From: Monocercomonoides exilis PA203
Lineage: Eukaryota > Protista > Preaxostyla
Reading direction: 5' to 3'
NCBI GenBank assembly: GCA_001643675.2
Contig: LSRY02000002.1
Span: 1,736,001-1,800,000, forward strand
DNA: 64,000 nucleotides
Position numbers and translations under genes: made by a program. Shown here one piece after another: positions 1-10,799 of this stretch. How positions within the stretch are numbered: the first letter of the stretch is position 1; each line of letters opens with the position of its first letter. Below the pieces are notes generated by a model. The model did not search any database. It was not told where the DNA came from and saw only the letters and a program-made list of their open reading frames with translations.

Positions 1-1
1 T

Positions 2-1852
2 CTTCAGCCAATCCTTCTTTTCTGTGTGCTGAAACGTCCAGCCATCTGAACTCGAATAATTACATGCATAGCATAATCTGTTTTGATTGGTATTCGTTGT
101 ATATGATTCAAAGAACGGATTGCTCGACAAAAAAAGATTGTAATAGTCTTCAAAATACACATCGTGACCATATGGAGTGGAATTAGTGCATCCGCAATCG
201 TGGAAGAAGAAGAAATAGCAATAATGATTGTCAGCAGGAGCTGTTGATTGGAATGGATAAAAACTCAATCCTCCGCCAAGAGATATTGCCGAGCACGAAA
301 TGAACTGGATGCTCCTCATTTTGAATGCAGCTGGAACATTTTCACAAAACATCCCACCACCCCATTTATCAGCAACTGAACACGAAGTGAATGAGCACTC
401 AAACACGTGAGCTCTCTCCTCATTGTCACTTTCTGTTCTAAGACAGGAAGATCCAGAAATATCAAAATTGAAAAGATAAAGGCCTCCTCCATCGTGATGT
501 GCTTTGGAATTCTTTAATTCACAGCCACTGATCCTGACACATGTTGAAATATTTACAACATACATTCCTCCTCCACGATAATTTTGAGAAGTGCAAGAAT
601 TGAACGAAGTATTCTCGACCGTAATGGAACATATTTCATATGCTGTTATTGCTCCTCCGCCATAATACGCATAGCAGTCGTTGAACGAGCAATGCTTAAC
701 AGAAAGTGCTCCTGATGACAGACCGTATATATTAATGGCCCCTCCATTCGAAGCCCTATCTGTAACAGAATCGCTTATTCCTGTTGTATTCGAGCCATTC
801 CACACACACCAAGTGAATGAATTCGGCCCATTGTCTGTAATCTGCTGTCTCTTTGGATGCTTTGTATTATCTTCGCTTCCAGTGCATTCAACATTTCTTG
901 TCCGACTACACACAACAAACGAGGTGTTTGAGGCAGACAAGGAGGCATAGGGATTGTTGAGAGAGGAGACAATCCCGCCGTCGTATACATCATGAACTGA
1001 TGAGAATGAGCAGCTGCTCATAAAACATGATGTTTGAAAAAATGAAGTCGTTGGAGATGGACAATCTGAAGGGGCCGTTGAAATATTGAAAAATGACAAT
1101 TTGGAGAGAGAAACAAAAGGGATGGAAGATGATGAGAGGAATGGAGCTGAAGACACACAAAAAGAAGAGAAATGAGAAGAACAAATAGAAACATGACAGT
1201 TTTCAGAAATCTCCCCTTCTGAAACTTTTGAAGAGAAAAGTGGAGGAAATATCTGTTCGGTTGATGTTAAGGTTGAAGACAATCTTAGGGAAATGTTAGT
1301 GAGCAATCCACAGCTCCCACAAAAATCAAAGGGTGATGTCTTTCTCTCAACTCCAACAATGCATCCACTCAACTCAACAAAGCATCCATTTTCTGCCCCG
1401 ATCACACTTTTCCCACTTCTTTCCATCAACGCCAGTGAATTCAGTTCTATCGATGAATTGACCAGAACAAGACATCCTTCAACCCCACTTCCATCACCCA
1501 TTCCCTCGTTTTTCCTCATTTTCCATTCATCGCAATGACTCGATTTTTGAACTTTCCCAATCTCTCCACTTCCATCATCCCATGGTTTTGAGTTTTTCTT
1601 CAATGTGTTCTTTTGTATTTCGGCTTCTCTCACTTCATCTTCTTTCCCTTCAACATGTGCATCAAATAAAATGTCATCTCCATATTTCTTGTTTTGAGCC
1701 TTCTCTGACCATGTGCCTTCCAGATAATTCAATTCTCTCTCTTTCGCTGATTTCTCTCCAACTTCTGTTCCATCACTTCTGAAACCATTACACACACATT
1801 CCACACTAATTATCCACACACAATGAAATATTCCCAACAGCTTCAAAACCAT
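2..1852 (-). CDS. 5' part (617 codons, runs off the left edge) of a large Cys/GGG-rich beta-helix surface protein; paralogue of 44974..53100
   Basis: Manual translation from ATG 1852 (MVLKLLGIFHCVWIISVECVCNG...TEKKDWLK) has no stop down to position 2 and is colinear with the N-terminus of the 2720-aa ORF. Not listed in the ORF track. Confidence 0.92.
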   Translation of the reverse strand, partial: MVLKLLGIFHCVWIISVECVCNGFRSDGTEVGEKSAKERELNYLEGTWSEKAQNKKYGDDILFDAHVEGKEDEVREAEIQKNTLKKNSKPWDDGSGEIGKVQKSSHCDEWKMRKNEGMGDGSGVEGCLVLVNSSIELNSLALMERSGKSVIGAENGCFVELSGCIVGVERKTSPFDFCGSCGLLTNISLRLSSTLTSTEQIFPPLFSSKVSEGEISENCHVSICSSHFSSFCVSSAPFLSSSSIPFVSLSKLSFFNISTAPSDCPSPTTSFFQTSCFMSSCSFSSVHDVYDGGIVSSLNNPYASLSASNTSFVVCSRTRNVECTGSEDNTKHPKRQQITDNGPNSFTWCVWNGSNTTGISDSVTDRASNGGAINIYGLSSGALSVKHCSFNDCYAYYGGGAITAYEICSITVENTSFNSCTSQNYRGGGMYVVNISTCVRISGCELKNSKAHHDGGGLYLFNFDISGSSCLRTESDNEERAHVFECSFTSCSVADKWGGGMFCENVPAAFKMRSIQFISCSAISLGGGLSFYPFQSTAPADNHYCYFFFFHDCGCTNSTPYGHDVYFEDYYNLFLSSNPFFESYTTNTNQNRLCYACNYSSSDGWTFQHTEKKDWLK

Positions 1853-2822
1853 GCCTCTCCGACTGACTTCCTTTCTTTTTTCAATTTTCAATTAATATGG
1901 GCACTTATATTTAAAAAATGGATATTTTTTTATTTTTGAGTATCACATTATCATATAGATATGTTTATTCTTATTTGTTATTTTTTACATCCGATTTTTG
2001 ATCCAATAAATAATAGTGAATAAAAATTCCATTTTTGTTGATGTTCTGATATTTCATCCATCGCTTTCCAAATTACAATATCTTCCATCTGAGATGAAAT
2101 AAAACATTATTTGGAGCATATATTTTTGTTGCCTGTATTTTTATGAGAAATGGCGTTTGGAAAAGAAATGATTGTTGTGATGATTGATTTATCCCAACAA
2201 ATAGAAGATGTGTGAGTGATGAAAGTTTTGTGATTCTTCACCACATATTAATCTATGTCTTTTTGTGGATTTCTTGTGAAATTTTTATTTGGAGTGCTTT
2301 TGGGTATTTTCGGTATTTAGAAAGTGATAATTGTTGGTGCCTCCATTGGCTGAAGAAGGCATTCCCAACAAAAGGCATGGGGAAAATGCTGCAAGTTATA
2401 TTTGATGATCTTGATGCATTGAATAATGTTTGGTTCATTTTGGTGACACCAAAAATGTTTGGAAGAAAGAAAGTGATTAAATGGAAGAAGTTCAGAGAAA
2501 GGCAGGAAATGGACGTGCTTGAAAAGTTGAAAGAAGAAGAATATGAAGATATGAAGATATGATGTCGAGTTTTGGTAAATCAAAACCTTTTTTTGAAGAA
2601 ACTGTTTTTCAAGAGCTGCTCGAAATCAATCAGATTTTTTTTTTTGAAAATGTTCAAGAAAATGAAATTCTTTATGTAATGAGTGTAATATTTTTTTGTT
2701 TCCAAATTTTATTTTTCTTCAAGACATCCATTTCTGACTTTGTGAATCATTTTTTCTCACTTGGAACGAAATTTTTCGCTTTCAAAATATTGTTCCACTC
2801 AACATTTTTGAATTTTTTCATT

Positions 2823-5800
2823 GGATGAAATGCGAATAAACAGTTTTTATTCGAATGATCTGACTTTATTCGAATAAACCCCCTTTAAATTGAATGAGAG
2901 GTAGTTTATTCAAATTAACGTCTACTTTCTAGAATCAACAATGAAAGATTTGAATAAAAATTTAGGAGATATAATTATGGAAATATTGTCCAAGTTTTCG
3001 TTGTTTTTCATTCTTTATTCGCAATTTATAAATAATTAAAAACAATTGATCAAACATTTTTTTCGTGAAAATAAAAGAAAAACTTTTTTATAATGATATT
3101 AAATGAAAATTTTCATGATTCACAAATTTATTTAAATTATTTTTCACATATTTTTGAGGTTTTTTATTGCATAATCATTTTTAACAACTTTGATCACAAC
3201 ATAAGTTGGAAATATTTTTTGAAAATGAAGATTTCTTCTTCTTTTCACATCGGAACGATTATTCTTCGTTGAAAATGAAATGCACAAAACTGACTGTTAA
3301 AGTGTGTTAATAAATACTTCTATATTTTGCACTCATCTTGTTTCACAATCTTCATTTTTCGATTCTGATTTTTTGTAATTATAATCCTTTATTATTCGAT
3401 TATGACTGTTATTTAACAAAAAGGCCGTTTTCTTTTTTGCATTCTCATCCTTTGACTGGTGTGTGATAAATGTGATTTCTTATTTATATAAAAATTTTCT
3501 CGACAAAAAGACAAAAGTCTACAGAAAATTTTCATATTCCTTAAACATCTCAGGCAATTAAACGTAAAGAATAGTTTGAAAACTTCTTTTGATGAAAATA
3601 TGGACATGTTCATTGTTTATTAGCTTTCATTCATTTTTTTTCATTGCGAAAATATCCTTCATATTCTTTCAACATTGCTTTTGATTTTTGAAAACTTAGA
3701 ATCACATTTTGTTTTTCTGTCGACTTTATATTTCGATACACACAATTAATCATTCATGTTACTGTGAAATTCATCCACCGGATCAGAACAGAGATGTTAT
3801 ATTTTACCCGTTATTAGCTGCTCAAATTATTATTCACAGAACAGCCCTTTTCTGCGCCGCTCGACCAGCACCCCTCCACATTTGTCTTGTTCACAACAAC
3901 TTCCAACCCACCTTCTTCCCTGCTCCAAATAACAGACGACTTGTTCGCTGTTTGCAAAATACCTACCTAAGCCGATCTGAAGATTGTAATTGATGAAGGG
4001 TGATTGGGAGAGCTGTTTGAACTGCTTGCTGCTTCGACGATGGAGCATTTGAACAGGCTGCATGACGAAATTCGATGGCATCGAATGTGCTCGAAGATCC
4101 TTCATACAGCATAAACATCGACCACGTGAGATCGGTATTTGTCAACTCAAACAGCGTGCAGATTAGACTTCACCATTCCACAACAGCAAAGAAATAAGCA
4201 CCCAGCTCGGAGACATTTGTGTGTGGCTCAAAAGCCAACTTGTCCAGAGCCAATGAATCCTGATTGCTGAGAATGATTGAACTAATTTCGTAAATGTACA
4301 CATCTGATAATTGGATGGAGATCCATGAATGAGAGAGGCTTCAAATGTTCGGCATGAATGGATTGGGACTCTGGCTGTCTTCCTGGAACAGCGGCGTTGA
4401 TCTTTCTTCTTCCAAACAAGTGTTAACTGATATATGAAATTCGACAAGTCTGCCGGACAGATGAAGTGTACTGGGCTGCTGATGCAGAACGTTATGTGAA
4501 CAGCCTATGCATCCATGCGCTCAAAGCCAGTCATAAAGGATCTGCAGGAATCGATCCGCGATTCACACGAAGCAATGACAAACCCTGCATCGGTCAGGTT
4601 GATCTCACTGGATGTGAATGGAACAAGGAAGCGGGACAGATCAACATTTACAAATGTTTGATCGCTCTCCACAAACGTTTGCGGACTATAAACAAACAGT
4701 TAGAATAGGAATTGGGAAGTGACTGGGGTGACACTCACATTGATGTTGAAGCAGTCTACATATATGTTTCTTTCTTTGACTGAATCGTTGCTCGCAAATG
4801 AGAATGCCTCTGAAAGGGATGTTGCTTTGCTGCATCTGTGTCTGTCCTTTTCACATACAGAACATTTCTTCTGTCTGCTTTGTTATTGTTCTATCCGTGG
4901 TTAAACTCTGACAAAGCTGCGCTCAAATGGTGTTCGCTTGGAAGAATCACTCCAATCAGTTCACTTTCATCGCAATCCAAGGTTCAGCTCTCTTAAAATA
5001 CACTTGCGTTCATCTCCACAGATCTTCAGATGCGCAGGAGAGATAAAGAGGGAGCAAAAGCATAGACACGCACCCTTCCGTCTGTACGCTGCATCCTTCA
5101 GCACGGACAAGTGCGCCTTCAACCTTAGGAGAGCTTGCTGGAGCAAACGTCTTGCTATCAAGCAGAAGTCGATCTCGAGATGTGGAGGAAGACATGAACT
5201 CGGAGTTACGAAGAAAGGCTCCTCCAGCAACAGAAAAATCGAGGTGGTTGAAACTCAGCCTGCCTGTGCTGAGAACAACACAACTGCGTGTGATGTCCAG
5301 AATGGCTGATGCAAATGTGATTGTTGCCTTTTCAGAGCTGCTGGATAAAACTGATAAAAATTTCTGGTCAAACCCGTTTTGGGCAAGCTCCGATCCCTCG
5401 AAAGCAAGCGTCTTGCCTGCTGAACCTGAATTAATGTTCAGCGTGCATCACTAGAACAATGCTCAAAGACGTATGTCTGAACCGCACCCCAGGATATCGA
5501 AGCCGTTTGGAGGGATACAGGAGCTGGAGAACACGTCATTTCACATTCCCTTAATTTCTGAATAGCATAAGAAAAAATGAGAAAAAACTCATTTTGTTGA
5601 ATATATCAGAGTTTTCCCAGCAATTCTTCAGAATTTTACACCGCCGTTTTAATGACACTTATCGAATTTTAATTTTTCAATAAAGAATTAATTTTTTTCT
5701 CAATAAGTTCATTTGAACTAATGTTCACAAACATGCTTTTGAACACATAACCTAGTCAGTTGTTCGTCGTATGTTTCGTTTTATCAATAGTAAGTATTTC

Positions 5801-6154
5801 TTTCAGGAAAACTATTCTTATAATTTTTAACAATTTCAAAAAGGAGCTAACATATTTTTATTGTCCGATTTTTCAGATTTTTAAAGTGAATTCGCAAAAT
5901 GAAATGTGAAATGAATGAAAATTGTTATTAAAATATTCAATTCACATTTTAAAACATCTTTGAAACATCAAAATGTTTTGCATTATTTCGCATTTTGATC
6001 GAAAAATCCCATAATAAAAAATAACTCAAATAAAGGGCTCAGTTCTCAAACAAACATGGTTTATTCGAATAAACTGCCTGTATTTGAAATAAAGGCTATT
6101 CATTCGAATAAATTGTCTTTGTTCAAATTAAAATGTCATATTCGAATTTCATCC
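2823..6154. mobile_element. 3.3-kb non-autonomous TIR element with 3-bp ATT target duplication, carrying host-gene cargo
   Basis: Termini GGATGAAATGCGAATA... and ...TATTCGAATTTCATCC; about 100-bp imperfect TIRs with TTATTCGAAT subrepeats; flanked by ATT/ATT; the paralogous site (~43980-44000, reverse complement ...TTCATTATTCAAT) is empty with one ATT fewer. Confidence 0.8.
3850..5520 (-). pseudogene. Decayed fragment of a beta-helix surface-protein family gene, inside the TIR element
   Basis: GC-richer than its flanks. Minus frame NGFDILGCGSDIRL*ALF**CTLNINSGSAGKTLAFEGS...EKATITFASAI aligns with EGFDVKRCGSEEEPCFTMWKGMENMKKEIGKKTIQIEGS...VKAILNFEKAI of the 2720-aa protein; several stops and frameshifts. 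Ends approximate. Confidence 0.7.
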
Positions 6155-6181
6155 ATTATTCAATTATTTTTCAACATTTTC

Positions 6182-6684
6182 GGCATATGATAACTTTACG
6201 TAGTCGTTGAAATGTTCACAAAATTTTGAAACATTAATAAAACGTGATTTAATAGAATAAATAAAACACGTTTGGAATCAAATTTTTGGTTTTTAATATT
6301 TTATTTTTTTTGATAAATAAAAACCTATAATAAGTTAAATATTGCGGGAGCGATCAATTTCTGAAAAATTGAAAAAAATGGATGTTTCGCATTTGGGATA
6401 TGTATTTAACAATATATTTAAAAAAATGAAAGATATATTAGTAAAATTAAAATTTAAAACTAGATTTAACTTTGAAGACTTCGGAACAATGATTTTTTTA
6501 AAAATTTTTTTATGAAAAAAATTATTTAGGGTGATTTTCAAAAAAAAAATTAGTTGAAAAATATCTGAAATTTTCTTTAATTTTCGAACCTATTTGTTTT
6601 ATATTTTTCATTTTATAATCAACGTAAATAAAAAATATAGATAAAAAACATGTTCTCAGTGACTACGTTAAGTTATCATAAGCC
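6182..6684. mobile_element. 503-bp MITE with 24-bp TIRs and 8-bp TSD (Merlin/IS1595-type signature)
   Basis: TIRs GGCATATGATAACTTTACGTAGTC / GACTACGTTAAGTTATCATAAGCC (2 mismatches); exact ACATTTTC at 6174-6181 and 6685-6692; single ATATTTTC at the empty paralogous site (~43964-43971, minus strand). Confidence 0.88.
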
Positions 6685-6834
6685 ACATTTTCTTTTGCAT
6701 AACAACGTTTGGCTTATTATGATATTAAAGCAGAAAATGTGTTGAACAAATTGTGAGTTTTTTCAAAAAAGTTAAACATTTTCACCAATTATTCAAAAAG
6801 AAGGGAAGATCCTTAAAAGAAGAATTCAGAAATA

Positions 6835-7090
6835 TAGGATATAACTTTTGGAATCACAATTTTTTCTTTTAAAAATAATGGTTCGAGAATTTTCCTTGAA
6901 TTTTTACAAATAAACATTAAAAAAATGAAAAGACTTATTCAAAGCATCTTCATCTTTATTTTAGCTTTTTCATGCGTTTTTAAAACAGTTGTGATGAAAT
7001 TTGCATTTGAATTCAAAATCTATTCCCAATGATATACAACCTTTGAATAATCAACATTTCGAAAAAGCTATAAAAAAAAATAATCACTCT
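6835..7090. mobile_element. MITE family A copy (TA TSD, Tc1/mariner-type), degenerate
   Basis: Decayed TGGGTGATTATTTTTGAAATCATA-type TIRs; internal match to 9598..9855 (CATCTTCATCTTTATTT..ACAGTTG); flanked by TA/TA; removing it plus one TA restores a 22-bp same-length match to the empty site near 43808-43829. Confidence 0.75.
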
Positions 7091-7501
7091 TATTTTATTC
7101 AAATTCGTTCATCATTATTTATTCAAATTTGGATAACTTTCAATTTTTAATAGAAATATTAATCATTCGAAATTGCAAATTTTGGTTATTCAAAATAAAT
7201 AAAATTGAGTATTCTTTTCAAAGAAAATTTTTGTGATTAATTGGTCATTGGCTAAGTGTAGGAAAATGAATACAATATTATATTTTATCATTATTCATTA
7301 AGAGAATGATAAATTGAACTCCTGTTGACATTTTTTGTTTAAAAAAAACAAAATTTTCAATGTAAAATGAACCCGCATTAAAAAAAGATTCTTAAACAAA
7401 AATTTATGATTATTATTGATGTTGATTATATTCGATGTGTTTTTCTCCGGCTTTGACTGTATTTTCTAAATCATTATTTTCTTTTAACATTCATGGTTTC
7501 T

Positions 7502-8080
7502 TTATCCTTGAAATTGAAAAATTTTTTTAAAATTAAAAGAAAAACATATTCTTTCCATTGATACAAAAAATTCTGCAATTGTATCATCTATGAACTGATT
7601 TAGAACTCCTGTTGTTGTTAAAAATTTTCTCAAGTGCGACCATATGCCTTCAATCATATTAGTACAAACTCCATTTTCGGTTCTGTGACGATATTTGTCA
7701 CACACTGTCTTGTGTGTCAATCCATGTTCAAATAACAATCTGCATGCAGCCTATTCGAAGGAGAAATTTGTGCTGTTTTTACGTATGTTTGTGATAATAA
7801 TTTAATTTGGCTATCTTTATTTTTCTAACTCCAACAATAGTGAAATACACTTGTTTGCTTTGATCGTTCCTTTCAACAAACCAAAAAAAAGCCCAATCCG
7901 TTTTGTTTCATTTTTCCTCTTTTGTATATTCTTTGATGAAGTTTAATTTTCATCAATATTAATTGTCACATTTTTCCTCCGAGTTTCAATGATTCTGATG
8001 ATAATGTATCCGATCTGATTCTTTCAGTTATATTCGTATAAAACGAAATTGTCAATATGTCCTCTTGAAGAAGAATCGAA
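7502..8080 (-). pseudogene. Merlin / IS1595 (ISXO2-like DDE) transposase remnant
   Basis: Fragments LGG.KNVTINIDE, YKRGK, FVERND and HGLTHKTVCDK...NGVCTNMIEGIWSHLRK match ISXO2-type transposase motifs; frameshifted. 5' end approximate. Confidence 0.82.
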
Positions 8081-8229
8081 ATCTGAGTGATATTTAAATA
8101 AAAAAAAAAGAAAAAAGAAAAAAAAAAAAAAAGGAAAAAAATGAAAAATCTGCAACATTAATTGTTTTGTAATTCTAAATTTCAAATGAAATTTTTTCAT
8201 TTCAGAAAATGACGCTTTTCTTATTTTTC

Positions 8230-8636
8230 GTTAGGCAATTTTTTTTTTTAAATTCATTTTGCTTTGTTTTCATTTCAAATGAAATTTTCATTTTTTGATC
8301 AAACTTCTGTTTTCACTCTCCAAAATTTTCTGTCATGGAAACAAAATCTTGAAAATGTTAATATTTCCATTTTAGTGAATTTTCACAAGTTGGTACAGAA
8401 ATATAATCGAAATATAAAATCTTTATTTTTTTTGATAAATACATATTTTCATAAAATTTCTGGTACCTCGTGCAAAACTTCGCAAAAAAGGAAACAAAAC
8501 CTCAAAGATGTTTTAATATCAATTTCAATAAAGTTTTTATTATTAATACAAAATTTTTATGAAAATATGATATTTTTGTGTTATTTGATAGTAAAACAAA
8601 AGGAACTTTTCAAAAAAAATAATTTTCATTTTGGAC
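8230..8636. repeat. Degenerate MITE family B copy with a nested ~128-bp inverted-repeat element (8442..8569)
   Basis: TTCTGTTTTCACTCTCCAAAATTT..TGTCATG and ACAAAAGGAACTTTTCAAAAAAA match 43187..43431; inner CATATTTTCATAAAA / TTTTATGAAAATATG inverted repeat. Boundaries approximate. Confidence 0.5.
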
Positions 8637-9095
8637 GGCGAATAATAAATGATGATATAAAATCTCTCACCAGAAACCAAAATAACTCACAAAAGCTGTA
8701 CTTTGTTTTGAACTGATCAAAAGTTTCAGTCCAAAATTATTTCAAGCAGCAACTGTTGTTATATAATTTTTAAAAATTTGTTAATAATTCGACTTTGTCT
8801 ATTTGGACGCTCTCAAAAAGTGAAAAACAACAAGATTGTCCAACACTTTTTTCAAAATAACATTGACCATATTAATAATGAGTTTAATGTTTATTTTATT
8901 TTATTTTATTTTAATTAAAAAAAAAATTTTTTTTTTTTTTTGTTTTATTTGTGTGTGTGCATTTTTTTCAACAAAAAAATGTTAATTGGCAAATAGAAAT
9001 GAAAAATCGGTAAATAATTAGAATTGCGGAATGAAAAAAGAATCAACATTTTCAAAAGATTATCTCGTGGCAATTGTGAAATCAGAAAATATGTA

Positions 9096-9354
9096 TAGGT
9101 GATTATTTTTTTAATCGGACGTTTTTTTCGGAATATGTGAAATTTTCTAATTCGCAGTAATTTGCAAAAGAATTCTGAAAAAAAGTATCACGTCCTTTCA
9201 ATTAATTGTCCATCAGATTCATGTTGCCATTGAAAGACAGAGAAGCACATTGAAGATTTCAATATTAACATTTGATTGATTTCTTAGGATTTGTGACAAA
9301 TTATTGTTTCGATAAATTATATAGGAAAAATATGAAATCAAAAAGAATAACCCA
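9096..9354. mobile_element. MITE family A copy (259 bp, TA-flanked)
   Basis: TA|TAGGTGATTATTTTTTTAATC ... TATGAAATCAAAAAGAATAACCCA|TA; same length as the other copies. Confidence 0.7.
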
Positions 9355-9356
9355 TA

Positions 9357-9595
9357 TGTCAAAATATTTTTGAAAAGATCCTTTTGTTTATTTATCAAAT
9401 TAAAAAAATTTCATATTTCAATCGAATTTCTGTTTTCACTCACGAAACAACACCCAAATGGATCAAATAATGTTGTCAAGGATTTGTTTCAATGACACCA
9501 AAATTTGGTGAGTGGGAACAGAAATTTGAGAGAAATTTGAAATTTTTTTAAATAGAAAGTCAAACAAAAGGAACTATTCCAATAAAAATTAGACA
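9357..9595. mobile_element. MITE family B copy (~240 bp, long imperfect TIRs, TGTC...GACA)
   Basis: Self-complementary arms (ATTTCTGTTTTCACTCAC / GTGAGTGGGAACAGAAAT; CCTTTTGTTT / AAACAAAAGG); second copy at 43187..43431. Confidence 0.72.
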
Positions 9596-9597
9596 TA

Positions 9598-9855
9598 TGG
9601 GTGATTATTTTTGAAATCATATTTTTTTAATTAATATTTTTCGGTTTGAAAATATCACTTGAGTATCAACAAAAGAATGCAAAACATTGAAAAGGCCTTT
9701 TTAAATCATCTTCATCTTTATTTGAGCAAATACATTTGTTTTTAATACAGTTGCGACAAATAAACAAATTCAATACAATATCTCCTCATTATGACAAACA
9801 ACCTTAAAAAAATGAACACCCCGAAAAAAGTTATGATTTCAAAAATAATCACCCA
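9598..9855. mobile_element. MITE family A, best-preserved copy (258 bp, perfect 24-bp TIR, TA TSD)
   Basis: TA|TGGGTGATTATTTTTGAAATCATA ... TATGATTTCAAAAATAATCACCCA|TA, a perfect inverted repeat. Confidence 0.88.
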
Positions 9856-10799
9856 TATATTAATATCTTGTTTTGGAAAATGGAGAATATCCTAAACACA
9901 AGGAGACCTGATAAATTTCTTAAATAAAATTGGTTTTGAATTTTGCTTCCATAGTTAACACTAACCCAAATAATGCTCCATCAAACCATAAACAAATATA
10001 TTATCCATTTTATGCTTGTTTGACTAATCGAAACACTTTAACCTAATAAATAAAACTAAAAACAAATGGGACAAAATATTAGACTTCAGATATTTTCATT
10101 GAAAAAATATGCACTTTTGATTAACTTTTTCTGAACAAAAAATACAAATAAATTGGGTTCATTTTTTGAAATACCTGTGATGTCACAAAACATTATGTTT
10201 TGCAATTATTTATCCCTGATTGCAGATATGAAAATCCAATTTATTTTAAAATCTGAGAAAGATTCATAAAGTTATGAGCGAAACAACTATTTATTGCTTT
10301 GTGCAAAAAAAGCTTGAAAGTCCGTATTTTCCCCCAAATTATTATTTAACTATAAATGGATATGACCACTCATTAAAAATGAAAAATTCAATTCACCTAA
10401 GTTTTTTCAAAATCCTTTAATAAAGTTTTTATTACAAAATGCTTCAACAATATCATTTCCAATGAATTTTTTGCTGTATAGTGTATTTTTGTGTTTTACT
10501 GCAAAATTTTGAATTCCGCTATATTTTCAATTTACCGAAAAATCTTTGATTGATGGAGTTTATATCAAAATCAAAGTCGTTTGGGCAAGATCAGAAGATA
10601 TGGGAACGTCTGGAATAAGTTTGTTTCTATTTTATTTGATTTATAATTAATTATCATGCAATTATAATCTCCAAAAAAAGTGCAGAAACTGGTCAAAAAT
10701 ATAATGTTTATTTTTTGAAAAAACGTCATATACAAGTATTTATGTGTTTGCTCAAACATTCATCAAATATCTTTATCACACAGAACGTTCACAAAAACA

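Larger units (their letters stand above)
1..7107. repeat. Left arm of an inverted paralogous duplication (partner 43805..46815), interrupted by three insertions
   Basis: 1..2822, 6155..6181, 6693..6834 and 7093..7107 match in order the reverse complement of 46815..43805, including near-identical off-frame ORFs (2253..2438 vs 44390..44578). Confidence 0.9.

Noticed and set aside
1-1852. Left receptor copy as a pseudogene (only short ORFs in the track)
   Set aside because: Manual translation shows an uninterrupted minus-strand frame that simply runs off the window.
2823-2930. TTATTCGAAT repeats as a CRISPR-like array
   Set aside because: Short degenerate units mirrored at 6055-6154; they are subterminal repeats of a TIR element, with no spacers or cas genes.
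8264-8716. 150-aa ORF
   Set aside because: F/K/N/I-rich translation of AT-rich MITE-derived DNA with a non-ATG start.
7243-8868. Possible TIRs (GGTCATTG.. / ..CATTGACC) delimiting the first Merlin element
   Set aside because: Needs a gap to align and the flanking 8-mers (GATTAATT vs ATATTAAT) do not match; too weak. No convincing TIRs were found for the second transposase either.
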